In this document: one piece after another, positions 10,103-18,016 of the stretch | Numbering within the stretch: the stretch's first letter is position 1 | How the letters are laid out: every line of letters starts with the position of its first letter | From: Bacteroidales bacterium | GTDB taxonomy: Bacteria > Bacteroidota > Bacteroidia > Bacteroidales > JAEINX01 | NCBI GenBank assembly: GCA_016342645.1 | Contig: JAEINX010000004.1 | Span: 4,363-68,362, forward strand | Length of the DNA: 64,000 nt | Reading direction: 5' to 3' | Translations under genes and position numbers: made by a program | Notes under the pieces: generated by a model | Database searches by the model: none | The model's input: the letters and a program-made list of their open reading frames with translations, nothing else | Told to the model about the DNA's origin: nothing

Positions 10103-10540
10103 GTGAAAGCAAAAAAAATAATATTAGTTGACAATAACAAGTTCTTCAGAAAAGCTCTCCGAGAAATTATAATGAGCATTGGAGGAGCAGAAATTGTTGC
10201 TGAAGCTGCAAGTGGAAAGGAGTTTCTTGATATTATTGAACTAAAGCATGTTGATATTACTTTTATAAATATCAAATTACATGGTATTGATGGTGTTGAG
10301 GCTACAAAAATTGCTCATCTTTCTAAACCCGAAATGATTATTATTGGTTTTTCGTCATTTGAAAATCAAAGATATATTAGCCAGATGTTAGCTGCCGGTG
10401 CAAAAGGCTATCTATCAAAAAATCGTGATAATTACGACTTATTAAAGTCAATTATCGAAAATCCTTATCAAGGATTGTTTTTATCAAAAGAAATTGAGCA
10501 AAATATTAATATGAATCAAATTAATTTTAAGGTAGTTTGA
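10103..10540 (+). CDS. NarL-type pseudo-receiver lacking both the phospho-acceptor Asp and an output domain
   Basis: The track ORF starts at a TTG (10058). There is no ATG before the domain, so I prefer the GTG at 10103 (VKAKKIILVDNN...). Aligned to the receiver consensus, the phospho-acceptor position is Asn (DITFINIKLHGIDG versus PDvvlmDirMPgmdG) and the acidic pair is DN. The conserved Ser and Lys (GYLSK) are retained. No LuxR helix-turn-helix follows. Confidence 0.55.
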   Translation: MKAKKIILVDNNKFFRKALREIIMSIGGAEIVAEAASGKEFLDIIELKHVDITFINIKLHGIDGVEATKIAHLSKPEMIIIGFSSFENQRYISQMLAAGAKGYLSKNRDNYDLLKSIIENPYQGLFLSKEIEQNINMNQINFKVV

Positions 10541-10580
10541 TCAAAAAAATCATTTATTAACAATCAAAAAAAATTGAGCC

Positions 10581-11081
10581 ATGAAAACTAAAAAGATTTT
10601 AATCGTTGACGATGACATAGATGTTATCAATGTTATTCAAACAATTTTGGAACATGAAGGTTATGAAGTTTTTTCAGCAAACAACAAAGTAGAAGGCCTT
10701 GAAAAAGCAAGAGAAATAAAACCTGATCTTGCAATTCTTGATGTTATGATGACAACACATTACGAAGGCTTTGAATTAGCAAAAGAATTGACAAGTAATC
10801 CTGCTTTCAATAAAATGCCGGTCGTAATGCAAACATCAATCGAAGCTTTAACAACCACAAATCCGAGTGTTCAGGAAATGGCAAGAGAATTTAGGTTAGA
10901 TCCAAAATACAAAGAATTGCAAGTCATTTTAATTAAAGATGTTACAACAGGTAACGCCGGAGTTGATTATCTGTCAGAAGAGGGGAAATCAGTATTTATC
11001 CATATTGACGGTTTTTTGAGAAAACCTGTGGATTCAAGCAAGCTTTTACCCGAACTCAAAAGACTGCTCGGTAAAAACTAA
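10581..11081 (+). CDS. Stand-alone response-regulator receiver with an internal insertion
   Basis: 166 aa. ILIVDDD, the phospho-acceptor context DLAILDVMM, VVMQTS, and Lys in FLRKPV. About 45 extra residues lie between beta4 and beta5. No output domain. Confidence 0.8.
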   Translation: MKTKKILIVDDDIDVINVIQTILEHEGYEVFSANNKVEGLEKAREIKPDLAILDVMMTTHYEGFELAKELTSNPAFNKMPVVMQTSIEALTTTNPSVQEMAREFRLDPKYKELQVILIKDVTTGNAGVDYLSEEGKSVFIHIDGFLRKPVDSSKLLPELKRLLGKN

Positions 11082-11092
11082 AAAAAGAAATT

Positions 11093-11123
11093 AGGTTAAG
11101 TGATTAAAAGCATCACTTAACCT
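11093..11123 (+). other. Perfect 12-bp stem-loop between the receiver gene and hydC
   Basis: AGGTTAAGTGAT-TAAAAGC-ATCACTTAACCT. It is not followed by a clean U-tract (TTAAATTCC). Confidence 0.4.
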
Positions 11124-11167
11124 TAAATTCCGGATATGAATGTGGATAAAATATAACATTTAATTGA

Positions 11168-11635
11168 ATGAAAACAAGTTTTGAAGCAATTGTAAAAAAT
11201 TATCCTAATGCGAAAAATGATAGTTTAATACCTATTTTGCAAAAAATTCAGGATGATGAAGGATATATTTCAGAGAATTCTGTAATAAAGGTCGGTGAAT
11301 ATTTAAAAATTCCGACAAGCAAAATTTATGGTGTTGCAACTTTTTATAATCAGTTTAGATTTGAACCTACCGGCAAATATCATATTCAGGTTTGTAGGGG
11401 TACTGCATGTCATGTTTTAGGATCGGCAAGTGTTTTACAAGAATTAGAAAAACACTTAAAAATCAAAGCAGGACAAACTTCAAGAGATGGTTTGTTTAGT
11501 ATCGAAGTAGTTGCATGTATTGGTGCATGTGGATTAGCTCCTGTTATTTGTGTTAACGGTGAATTTTTTGCAAAAGTTACCAAAGAATCAATTAAAGAAA
11601 TTATTGATAATTATAGAAATAAAGAGAGCAAGTGA
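11168..11635 (+). CDS. hydC: [FeFe]-hydrogenase gamma subunit, NuoE-like thioredoxin-fold [2Fe-2S] protein
   Basis: 155 aa. CRGTACHVLG and CIGACGLAPV cysteine motifs typical of NuoE/HydC. Translationally coupled to the next gene (TGATG). Confidence 0.85.
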   Translation: MKTSFEAIVKNYPNAKNDSLIPILQKIQDDEGYISENSVIKVGEYLKIPTSKIYGVATFYNQFRFEPTGKYHIQVCRGTACHVLGSASVLQELEKHLKIKAGQTSRDGLFSIEVVACIGACGLAPVICVNGEFFAKVTKESIKEIIDNYRNKESK

Positions 11636-13584
11636 TGAACAGCCAAATTTCAAATAACAAAAATTTTCTTATCAATAATATTTTAAACAAGTTTTCATCA
11701 GATGACTATGATAAAAAAGTTATCGAAAAACTTGATGAAATTAAAAGAGAAAAAAGTAGTAAAACAACAATTTATGTTGGTGCAGGAACTTGTGGATTAG
11801 GCGCAGGGGCAAATAAAACTATTGAAGCTGCGAAAACATATATTAAAAATAACAAGATTGAGGCCGATCTTATCGAAGTAGGCTGCATAGGACTTTGTTC
11901 TTCCGAGCCATTGCTTGATGTTAAAATTCCCGGAAAAAATAGGCTGTCATTTGAACATATTACAGGCGATAAAGTTGAGAAAACTCTTGATAGTGTTTTC
12001 AAAAATAGTATTAATAAGGACAATATCTTTGGGCAGTTCAAATCAGAAAAAGCCGAAATGTGGGAAAATATTCCTTATATTGAGGATCATCCGTTTTTTG
12101 CTCCTCAAACACGCTTGGTTTTAAAAAACTGTGGAATCATTGATCCAGTAAACATTGAAGAGTATATTGCTTATGGCGGTTACAAAAGTTTTCTTAAAAC
12201 CATAAATAACTATACCCTATCCGAAGTTTGCGATTTTGTTGAAAAAAGTGGATTGCGAGGCCGAGGTGGCGGAGGTTTTTCAACCGGAAAAAAATGGAAA
12301 TTTGCTATGAACACAACTGCCGATCAAAAATATTTGATTTGCAATGCCGACGAGGGTGACCCCGGAGCATTTATGGATAGAGCAGTTATTGAAGGCGATC
12401 CACATCGTCTGATCGAAGGTATGGCTATTTCGGCCTATGGAATTGGTGCTTCAAAAGCTTATGTTTACATTCGTGCTGAATATCCTCTCGCAATCAAACG
12501 CCTGAAAGTTGCTTTAGAAGATGCAAGAAATTACGGATTATTAGGGGAAAATATATTCAACACAGGTTTTGATTTTGATATTATTATTAAAATGGGAGCA
12601 GGAGCTTTTGTTTGTGGTGAAGAAACTGCATTGATTAATTCCATTGAAGGTAAACGAGGAATGCCAAAACCAAGGCCTCCATTTCCGGCAGTTTGCGGAT
12701 TGTTCGGAAAACCCACAATTATTAATAATGTTGAAACTTTATCGAATATTGCAGGCATTTTTGAAAGAGGCCACGAATGGTTTAGCGAAATTGGTACCGA
12801 TACCAGCAAGGGAACTAAAGTTTTTGCTTTGTCGGGAAAAGTTGCATTGACAGGTTTGGTTGAAATTCCGATGGGAACAACAATTCGTGATATAGTTTTC
12901 AAAATTGCTGGCGGAGTAAAAAACAATAAGAAATTCAAGGCGGTTCAGATTGGAGGGCCTTCGGGGGGTTGCATAACCGACGAAAATCTCGACATTCAAA
13001 TCGATTATGAATCATTGATTAAAGTTGGCGCTATGATGGGTTCGGGAGGACTCGTTGTAATGGACGAAGATACCTGCATGGTTGATGTTGCAAAATTCTT
13101 TATGGATTTTATTCAACGTGAAAGCTGTGGGAAATGTATTCCTTGTCGCGAAGGAACAAAACGTATGCTCGAAATTTTAGAAAGCATAACTCATCGCCCC
13201 AAAAATGAAAGCAGCAACGAGGCTCTTCTTAGATTTAAAGGTATTCTTCAATTGGAAAAACTCGGCAAAGTTATCAAAGATACATCTTTATGTGGCTTAG
13301 GACAAACAGCTCCAAATCCGGTTTTAAGTACTTTAAAATGGTTTCGTGATGAATACGAAGCCCATATTTTTGAAAGAAAATGTCCGGCCGGAGTTTGCAC
13401 CGATTTAAGAACCTTTATAATTGATGTTGATAAATGCACAGGTTGTACAGCTTGTGTACGAAAATGTCCAACCGGAGCTATCATCGGTTCAAAAAAATCT
13501 CCTCATTTTATTGTTGAGGAAAAATGTATCGGTTGTGGTACTTGTGAAGAAATCTGTAAGTTTAATGCAATATCTATAGTTTAA
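11635..13584 (+). CDS. hydB: [FeFe]-hydrogenase beta subunit, NuoF-like NAD(P)H/FMN/Fe-S protein
   Basis: The ATG at 11635 overlaps the hydC stop by 1 nt (the track ORF begins at the GTG at 11632). N-terminal extra [2Fe-2S]-like domain (GTCGLGAG...CIGLCSSEP), FMN/NADH site GRGGGGFSTGKKW, NuoF cluster ESCGKCIPCREG...CGLGQ, and two C-terminal ferredoxin motifs (CTGCTACVRKCP, CIGCGTCEEIC). Confidence 0.9.
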   Translation: MNSQISNNKNFLINNILNKFSSDDYDKKVIEKLDEIKREKSSKTTIYVGAGTCGLGAGANKTIEAAKTYIKNNKIEADLIEVGCIGLCSSEPLLDVKIPGKNRLSFEHITGDKVEKTLDSVFKNSINKDNIFGQFKSEKAEMWENIPYIEDHPFFAPQTRLVLKNCGIIDPVNIEEYIAYGGYKSFLKTINNYTLSEVCDFVEKSGLRGRGGGGFSTGKKWKFAMNTTADQKYLICNADEGDPGAFMDRAVIEGDPHRLIEGMAISAYGIGASKAYVYIRAEYPLAIKRLKVALEDARNYGLLGENIFNTGFDFDIIIKMGAGAFVCGEETALINSIEGKRGMPKPRPPFPAVCGLFGKPTIINNVETLSNIAGIFERGHEWFSEIGTDTSKGTKVFALSGKVALTGLVEIPMGTTIRDIVFKIAGGVKNNKKFKAVQIGGPSGGCITDENLDIQIDYESLIKVGAMMGSGGLVVMDEDTCMVDVAKFFMDFIQRESCGKCIPCREGTKRMLEILESITHRPKNESSNEALLRFKGILQLEKLGKVIKDTSLCGLGQTAPNPVLSTLKWFRDEYEAHIFERKCPAGVCTDLRTFIIDVDKCTGCTACVRKCPTGAIIGSKKSPHFIVEEKCIGCGTCEEICKFNAISIV

Positions 13585-13605
13585 CCTTTTATATGTTTTA
13601 AGAAA

Positions 13606-15330
13606 ATGAGTTTTCAGATAGAAGTAAATAATAGAAATTTAGAAGCCAATAAAGGTGAAACCATTTTGGATGTGCTTAACAGGAACGGAATAAAAGTCCC
13701 TACTTTGTGCCACATGAAAGATTTTTTCCCAAGCGGATCATGTCGGATGTGTGTTGTCGAAAATCTTAGAACAGGAAAACTGATTACAGCTTGTTCCTAT
13801 CCGGTTGAAGAGAGAATGAAAATTAAAACTCATTCACCAAAAGTCATAGAATCAAGGAAAACAATAGTGGAATTGCTTTTATCCAATCATCCCGATGATT
13901 GCTTGTTTTGTGTAAGAACCGGAAACTGTGATTTGCAAAAATTGGCTAAAGAGCATAACATAACCGAACGAAGAATAACGGGAGTAAAGAATAATCATAA
14001 TCTTGATTTGTCAAGCTCAAGCATAGTTCGTGATCCGGCAAAATGTATTCTTTGCGGAAGATGTGTTCAGGTTTGTGAGCAGGTAATGGGAGTTTCTGCA
14101 ATTGATTTTTTGAACAGAGGAAGCAATTCCTATATTGGAACAGCTTTTGATAAAGGTTTAAATGTTTCAAGTTGTGTTAATTGCGGACAATGTATTTTAG
14201 TTTGCCCAACAGCAGCATTAACTGAGAAAAATCATTTCCCGGGAATTCAGGAAGCATTGCGTAATCCAGAAAAAACAGTTGTTGTTCAATATGCTCCGGC
14301 GATTACTGTTTCATTAGCCGAAGAATTAGGATTCAAACCGGGGAAAGATATTAATGGAATAATTAATGCAGCATTAAGATTAATTGGTTTCAACAAAGTT
14401 TTTGACACCTCGTTTACTGCCGACCTTACAATTATGGAAGAATCGGCCGAGCTGATTGACAGAATTCAAAATAATGGTGTTTTGCCAATGATAACATCTT
14501 GCTGTCCGGCATGGGTGAAATATGCCGAGGAATTTGTTACGGATTTCATTCCGAATATTTCGTCATGCAAATCACCACAACAGATGATGGGTGCTGTTAT
14601 AAAAAGCTATTTTGCCGAAAAAAGCAATATAAAACCGGAAGACATTTATTCTGTTTCAATAATGCCATGCACTGCAAAGAAATTTGAAGCACAACGAGAA
14701 GAAATGACTCATAACGGAATTTCGGATGTTGATGCGGTTATTACAACACGAGAATTAGCACAATTTATTAGACTTTACGGAATAGATATTCATAATATTG
14801 AACCAGAAATTGCTGACTCCCCTCTTGGAGTAAGGAGTTCGGCAGGGAAATTATTTGGAGCAACAGGCGGTGTTATGGAAGCTGCTGTTCGCACAACTTA
14901 TTATAAACTTACAGGAGAAGAGCTAATTAATTTTAGAATTCCTGAAGCAAGAGGTTTGAAAAAACGAAAAGAAATAAAACTAAAAATTGGTGATCTTGAA
15001 ATCGGCCTTGCCGTTGTTAATGGTTTGGCTAATGCCAAAATACTATTAGACGAAATAAAGGCGGGCAGAAAAGATATACATTTTATTGAAATTATGGCTT
15101 GTCCGGGAGGTTGTATCGGTGGCGGTGGCCAACCTATTGAATTTGATGAAAATAATGTCATTGCAAGAATGAATTCATTATATGATATTGACGATAGGGC
15201 AACAATAAAAGTTTCTCATAAAAATCCCGATATTATTGAACTATATAATCAATTTCTCGGCAAACCTCTTGGAAGTAAGAGTCATAAATTATTGCATACA
15301 AAATATTGTAAACGAGATGTTTTACTTTAA
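13606..15330 (+). CDS. hydA: [FeFe]-hydrogenase catalytic subunit (M3-type; bifurcating-type by synteny)
   Basis: 574 aa. N-terminal plant-type [2Fe-2S], His-ligated cluster motif HPDDCLFCVRTGNC, and two ferredoxin motifs. All three canonical H-cluster signatures are intact: TSCCPAW, MPCTAKKFE, MACPGGCIGGGGQP. Confidence 0.93.
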   Translation: MSFQIEVNNRNLEANKGETILDVLNRNGIKVPTLCHMKDFFPSGSCRMCVVENLRTGKLITACSYPVEERMKIKTHSPKVIESRKTIVELLLSNHPDDCLFCVRTGNCDLQKLAKEHNITERRITGVKNNHNLDLSSSSIVRDPAKCILCGRCVQVCEQVMGVSAIDFLNRGSNSYIGTAFDKGLNVSSCVNCGQCILVCPTAALTEKNHFPGIQEALRNPEKTVVVQYAPAITVSLAEELGFKPGKDINGIINAALRLIGFNKVFDTSFTADLTIMEESAELIDRIQNNGVLPMITSCCPAWVKYAEEFVTDFIPNISSCKSPQQMMGAVIKSYFAEKSNIKPEDIYSVSIMPCTAKKFEAQREEMTHNGISDVDAVITTRELAQFIRLYGIDIHNIEPEIADSPLGVRSSAGKLFGATGGVMEAAVRTTYYKLTGEELINFRIPEARGLKKRKEIKLKIGDLEIGLAVVNGLANAKILLDEIKAGRKDIHFIEIMACPGGCIGGGGQPIEFDENNVIARMNSLYDIDDRATIKVSHKNPDIIELYNQFLGKPLGSKSHKLLHTKYCKRDVLL

Positions 15331-15369
15331 AAATAAAACTTTTAATAATACAATAAAATAAATAGAATA

Positions 15370-17352
15370 ATGGGCCGGACAAATAGAAATCAACTTGTTT
15401 TTACTGAACCCGACAAATGTCGAGTTTGCTATACATGTGTGAGAGAATGTCCTGTTAAAGCTATTAAAATTATTAATGGCCAGGCTCAGGTAATAAGTGA
15501 GCGTTGTATCGGTTGTGGAAATTGTGTCAAGGTTTGTAGCCAGGGAGCAAAAGTTTTTTTAGATTTGAAAACGGAAGTATATTCACTTCTCAAATCAAAT
15601 GAAAAAGTAGTTGCTTGTATTGCTCCGAGTTTTCCTGCTGAATTTACCGAAATAAAAGATTATTCTATTTTAGTTGGAATGATAAGAAAGCTTGGTTTCG
15701 ATTACGTTGTTGAAGTGTCGTTTGGAGCAGATATCATCGCAGGTGAATATCGTAAAGAGTTGGAGAACGAAAACGCTAAACCTTGCATTTCATCCGATTG
15801 TCCGGCTATAGTTTATTTTATTGAACATTATCATCCAAATTTGATTCCTTCTTTGGCAAAAATCGCTTCGCCCATGGTAGCTATTTCTCGGATTGTAAAA
15901 AAGAAGTATGGTGAAAATGTAAAGGTTGTTTTTATTGGTCCTTGCATTGCAAAAAAAGCTGAATCAGAAGAAATCAACGAGGTTATAACTTTCAAGGAAC
16001 TGAGAGAGATGTTTGTGTTAAGTGGTATTGACTCTGCGAAAGTTATGCCTTGTGATTTCGACCCTCCAAAATCCGGAAAAGGAGCAATTTTTCCGGTTAG
16101 CAGAGGGCTTCTGCAAACTGTCGATAAAAGCGATGACATTTGTGAAGGAAATATTGTTGTTGCCGAAGGCCGAATTAACTTCCGTGATGCAATCAAAGAA
16201 TTTGAAAAAGGATTGATAAAATCTCAAAACCTTGAGCTGCTTTGTTGTGAAGGCTGCATTATGGGACCGGGGATGTCGTCGGGTGGAAAAAGATATTCAC
16301 GCCGAACACGAATTAGTGATTATGTAAAAGAAAAAATTAAAAACCTCGATCAATCTCAATGGGAAAAGGACATGCAAGAATATTCAAAACTTGATATGAG
16401 CCAGACATTCGAATCTTCCGACAGACGAATAAAACTCCCTTCACGTGAGGAAATTGATAAAGTTCTTGTTTCTATTGGAAAAATCACTCCAAAAGATCAT
16501 TTAAATTGTGGTGCTTGCGGATACGATACTTGCGAAGAACATGCAATTGCGATTGTTGAAGGCTTAGCCGAAAACGAAATGTGCTTGCCTTATACTATTG
16601 AAAAGCTTCATAAATCAATTAACGACCTCAATTTCTCTAACGAAAAACTTGCTTCTACTCGTCAAGCTTTAAAACAAAGCGAAAAACTTGCAAATATGGG
16701 TCAACTTTCTGCTGGAATTGCTCATGAATTAAATAATCCTTTGGGTGTGATAACAATGTATAGTAATATTCTTTTGGAAGAAGCAAACGAAAATGATTCT
16801 ATGAAAAAGGACCTTGAATTGATTGTTGAACAATCAAGCAGATGTAAAAATATTGTTGGTGGTTTATTGAACTTTGCACGAAAAAACCAAGTTAATTTAA
16901 CTGAAACTAACATGATTAGTTTTACAAAAAATAGTATCAAGTCAATTATTAAACCCGAAACTATCAATGTAGTTTTTAATTCAAAACTAAATGATCCGAT
17001 TGCAATGATTGATACCGATCAAATGATGCAAGTATTAACCAATTTAGAAAAAAATGCCATTGAAGCCATGAATGAAGGTGGTACACTAAAAATCGAATTA
17101 AACGGAAACAATAACGAAATAGAATTTAAAATATCTGATAGCGGAGTTGGTATTTCAAAAGAAAATATGGATAAAATTTTTACTCCGTTTTTTACAACAA
17201 AAGAACTTGGTAAAGGCACAGGTTTAGGATTACCCTTAATTTATGGAATTGTGAAAATGCACAAGGGGCAAATTTCGGTAAACTCAAATGCAAATCCTGA
17301 TAACGGGCCAACAGGAACTTCTTTTAAAATTGTTATACCAAGAAATATGTAA
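15370..17352 (+). CDS. Sensory [FeFe]-hydrogenase-like (HydS-type) domain fused to a histidine kinase
   Basis: 660 aa. Two N-terminal CxxCxxCxxxCP ferredoxin motifs. The H-cluster domain has altered signatures (SSDCPAI, GPCIAKKAE, LCCEGCIMGPGM). Then CGACGYDTC-x16-C, a coiled coil, the H-box AHELNNPL, and N/G1/G2 boxes (NLEKNAIEAM, DSGVGI, GKGTGLGL). Confidence 0.85.
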   Translation: MGRTNRNQLVFTEPDKCRVCYTCVRECPVKAIKIINGQAQVISERCIGCGNCVKVCSQGAKVFLDLKTEVYSLLKSNEKVVACIAPSFPAEFTEIKDYSILVGMIRKLGFDYVVEVSFGADIIAGEYRKELENENAKPCISSDCPAIVYFIEHYHPNLIPSLAKIASPMVAISRIVKKKYGENVKVVFIGPCIAKKAESEEINEVITFKELREMFVLSGIDSAKVMPCDFDPPKSGKGAIFPVSRGLLQTVDKSDDICEGNIVVAEGRINFRDAIKEFEKGLIKSQNLELLCCEGCIMGPGMSSGGKRYSRRTRISDYVKEKIKNLDQSQWEKDMQEYSKLDMSQTFESSDRRIKLPSREEIDKVLVSIGKITPKDHLNCGACGYDTCEEHAIAIVEGLAENEMCLPYTIEKLHKSINDLNFSNEKLASTRQALKQSEKLANMGQLSAGIAHELNNPLGVITMYSNILLEEANENDSMKKDLELIVEQSSRCKNIVGGLLNFARKNQVNLTETNMISFTKNSIKSIIKPETINVVFNSKLNDPIAMIDTDQMMQVLTNLEKNAIEAMNEGGTLKIELNGNNNEIEFKISDSGVGISKENMDKIFTPFFTTKELGKGTGLGLPLIYGIVKMHKGQISVNSNANPDNGPTGTSFKIVIPRNM

Positions 17353-17379
17353 TAGTTCAAATATTAAAAAACTTGAATA

Positions 17380-17775
17380 ATGAATAGAGATAAAAAAATT
17401 ATATTAGTAATTGATGATGACATTGATTATCTCGAACAAATGAAAATACAAATCACATCATTTGGATTTCTGCCAATACTTGCCGAAAGCCAAAAAGAGG
17501 GTGAAGAAAAAATAAATGAAATTAAACCCGATCTTGTTATTGTTGACTTGATGATGGAAAATCAGGATAGCGGGTTTATTTTTTGTTATAAAATAAAAAA
17601 GAAATTTCCCGAAGTTCCCGTAATTATTGCTTCGGCAGTAACGGCTGAAACAGGAATGATTTTCGGGCTGAATTCTGAAGAAGATCGAAATTGGATTAAA
17701 GCCGACCAATATCTTGAAAAAGGAATAAGACCCGATCAGCTTCAGCGAGAAATTAATAAATTGCTAAAACTGTAA
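17380..17775 (+). CDS. Stand-alone response-regulator receiver
   Basis: 131 aa. ILVIDDD, DLVIVDLMM, and Lys in YLEKG. No output domain. Starts 27 nt downstream of the hydrogenase-kinase gene. Confidence 0.85.
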   Translation: MNRDKKIILVIDDDIDYLEQMKIQITSFGFLPILAESQKEGEEKINEIKPDLVIVDLMMENQDSGFIFCYKIKKKFPEVPVIIASAVTAETGMIFGLNSEEDRNWIKADQYLEKGIRPDQLQREINKLLKL

Positions 17776-17904
17776 TGCATACAAAATTAAACTCTTAAAA
17801 AAATGAATAATAATATAAATAAGCTTACAAAGGCATTAAAGAAATTAGTCGGTGGTGACCGGTTAATAAATAGTAAATTTTTTCATAAGTAGTTTTTTAA
17901 GTGT

Positions 17905-17985
17905 AGCGGGGAAAGGGTTGCTCAAAATGATGATTTTTTTTGGTTGGTTAATATTTGTTTTTTCACCCCGACCCCGCTTTTTTTT
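17905..17985 (+). terminator. Possible terminator or structured element closing the hydCBA-sensor-receiver unit
   Basis: The AGCGGGG (17905-17911) and CCCCGCT (17972-17978) arms are the only G/C-rich strings in an AT-rich 240-bp spacer. The right arm runs into T8. The loop is unusually long (about 60 nt), so this is uncertain. Confidence 0.3.
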
Positions 17986-18016
17986 AATTTAAAACATTGT
18001 AATTAAAATAAATAAA

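Noticed and set aside
12531-12938. 135-aa antisense ORF inside hydB. Similar long antisense ORFs occur at 21318..21833 inside hydF, 48871..49332 inside the hybrid kinase, 59926..60411 inside the HTCS-like gene, and 15831..16196 inside the sensor-kinase.
   Set aside because: Each lies entirely within a gene that has strong motif support on the opposite strand. Their translations are low-complexity (rich in S, I, F, L, K) with no recognisable motif, and no plausible upstream spacing was seen. They are shadow ORFs, which are typical opposite purine-rich coding strands in AT-rich genomes.
15370-17352. A second catalytic [FeFe]-hydrogenase paralog.
   Set aside because: All three H-cluster signature motifs deviate from the canonical forms found in the neighbouring HydA, including loss of the proton-relay Cys. 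The C-terminal half is a complete histidine kinase. A sensory role is more consistent, though it is unproven.
17803-17892. 29-codon ORF (MNNNINKLTKALKKLVGGDRLINSKFFHK) in the gap after the 17380 receiver.
   Set aside because: It is too short, has no recognisable motif, and no ribosome-binding or conservation evidence is available from sequence alone. I mention it only under the hairpin finding.
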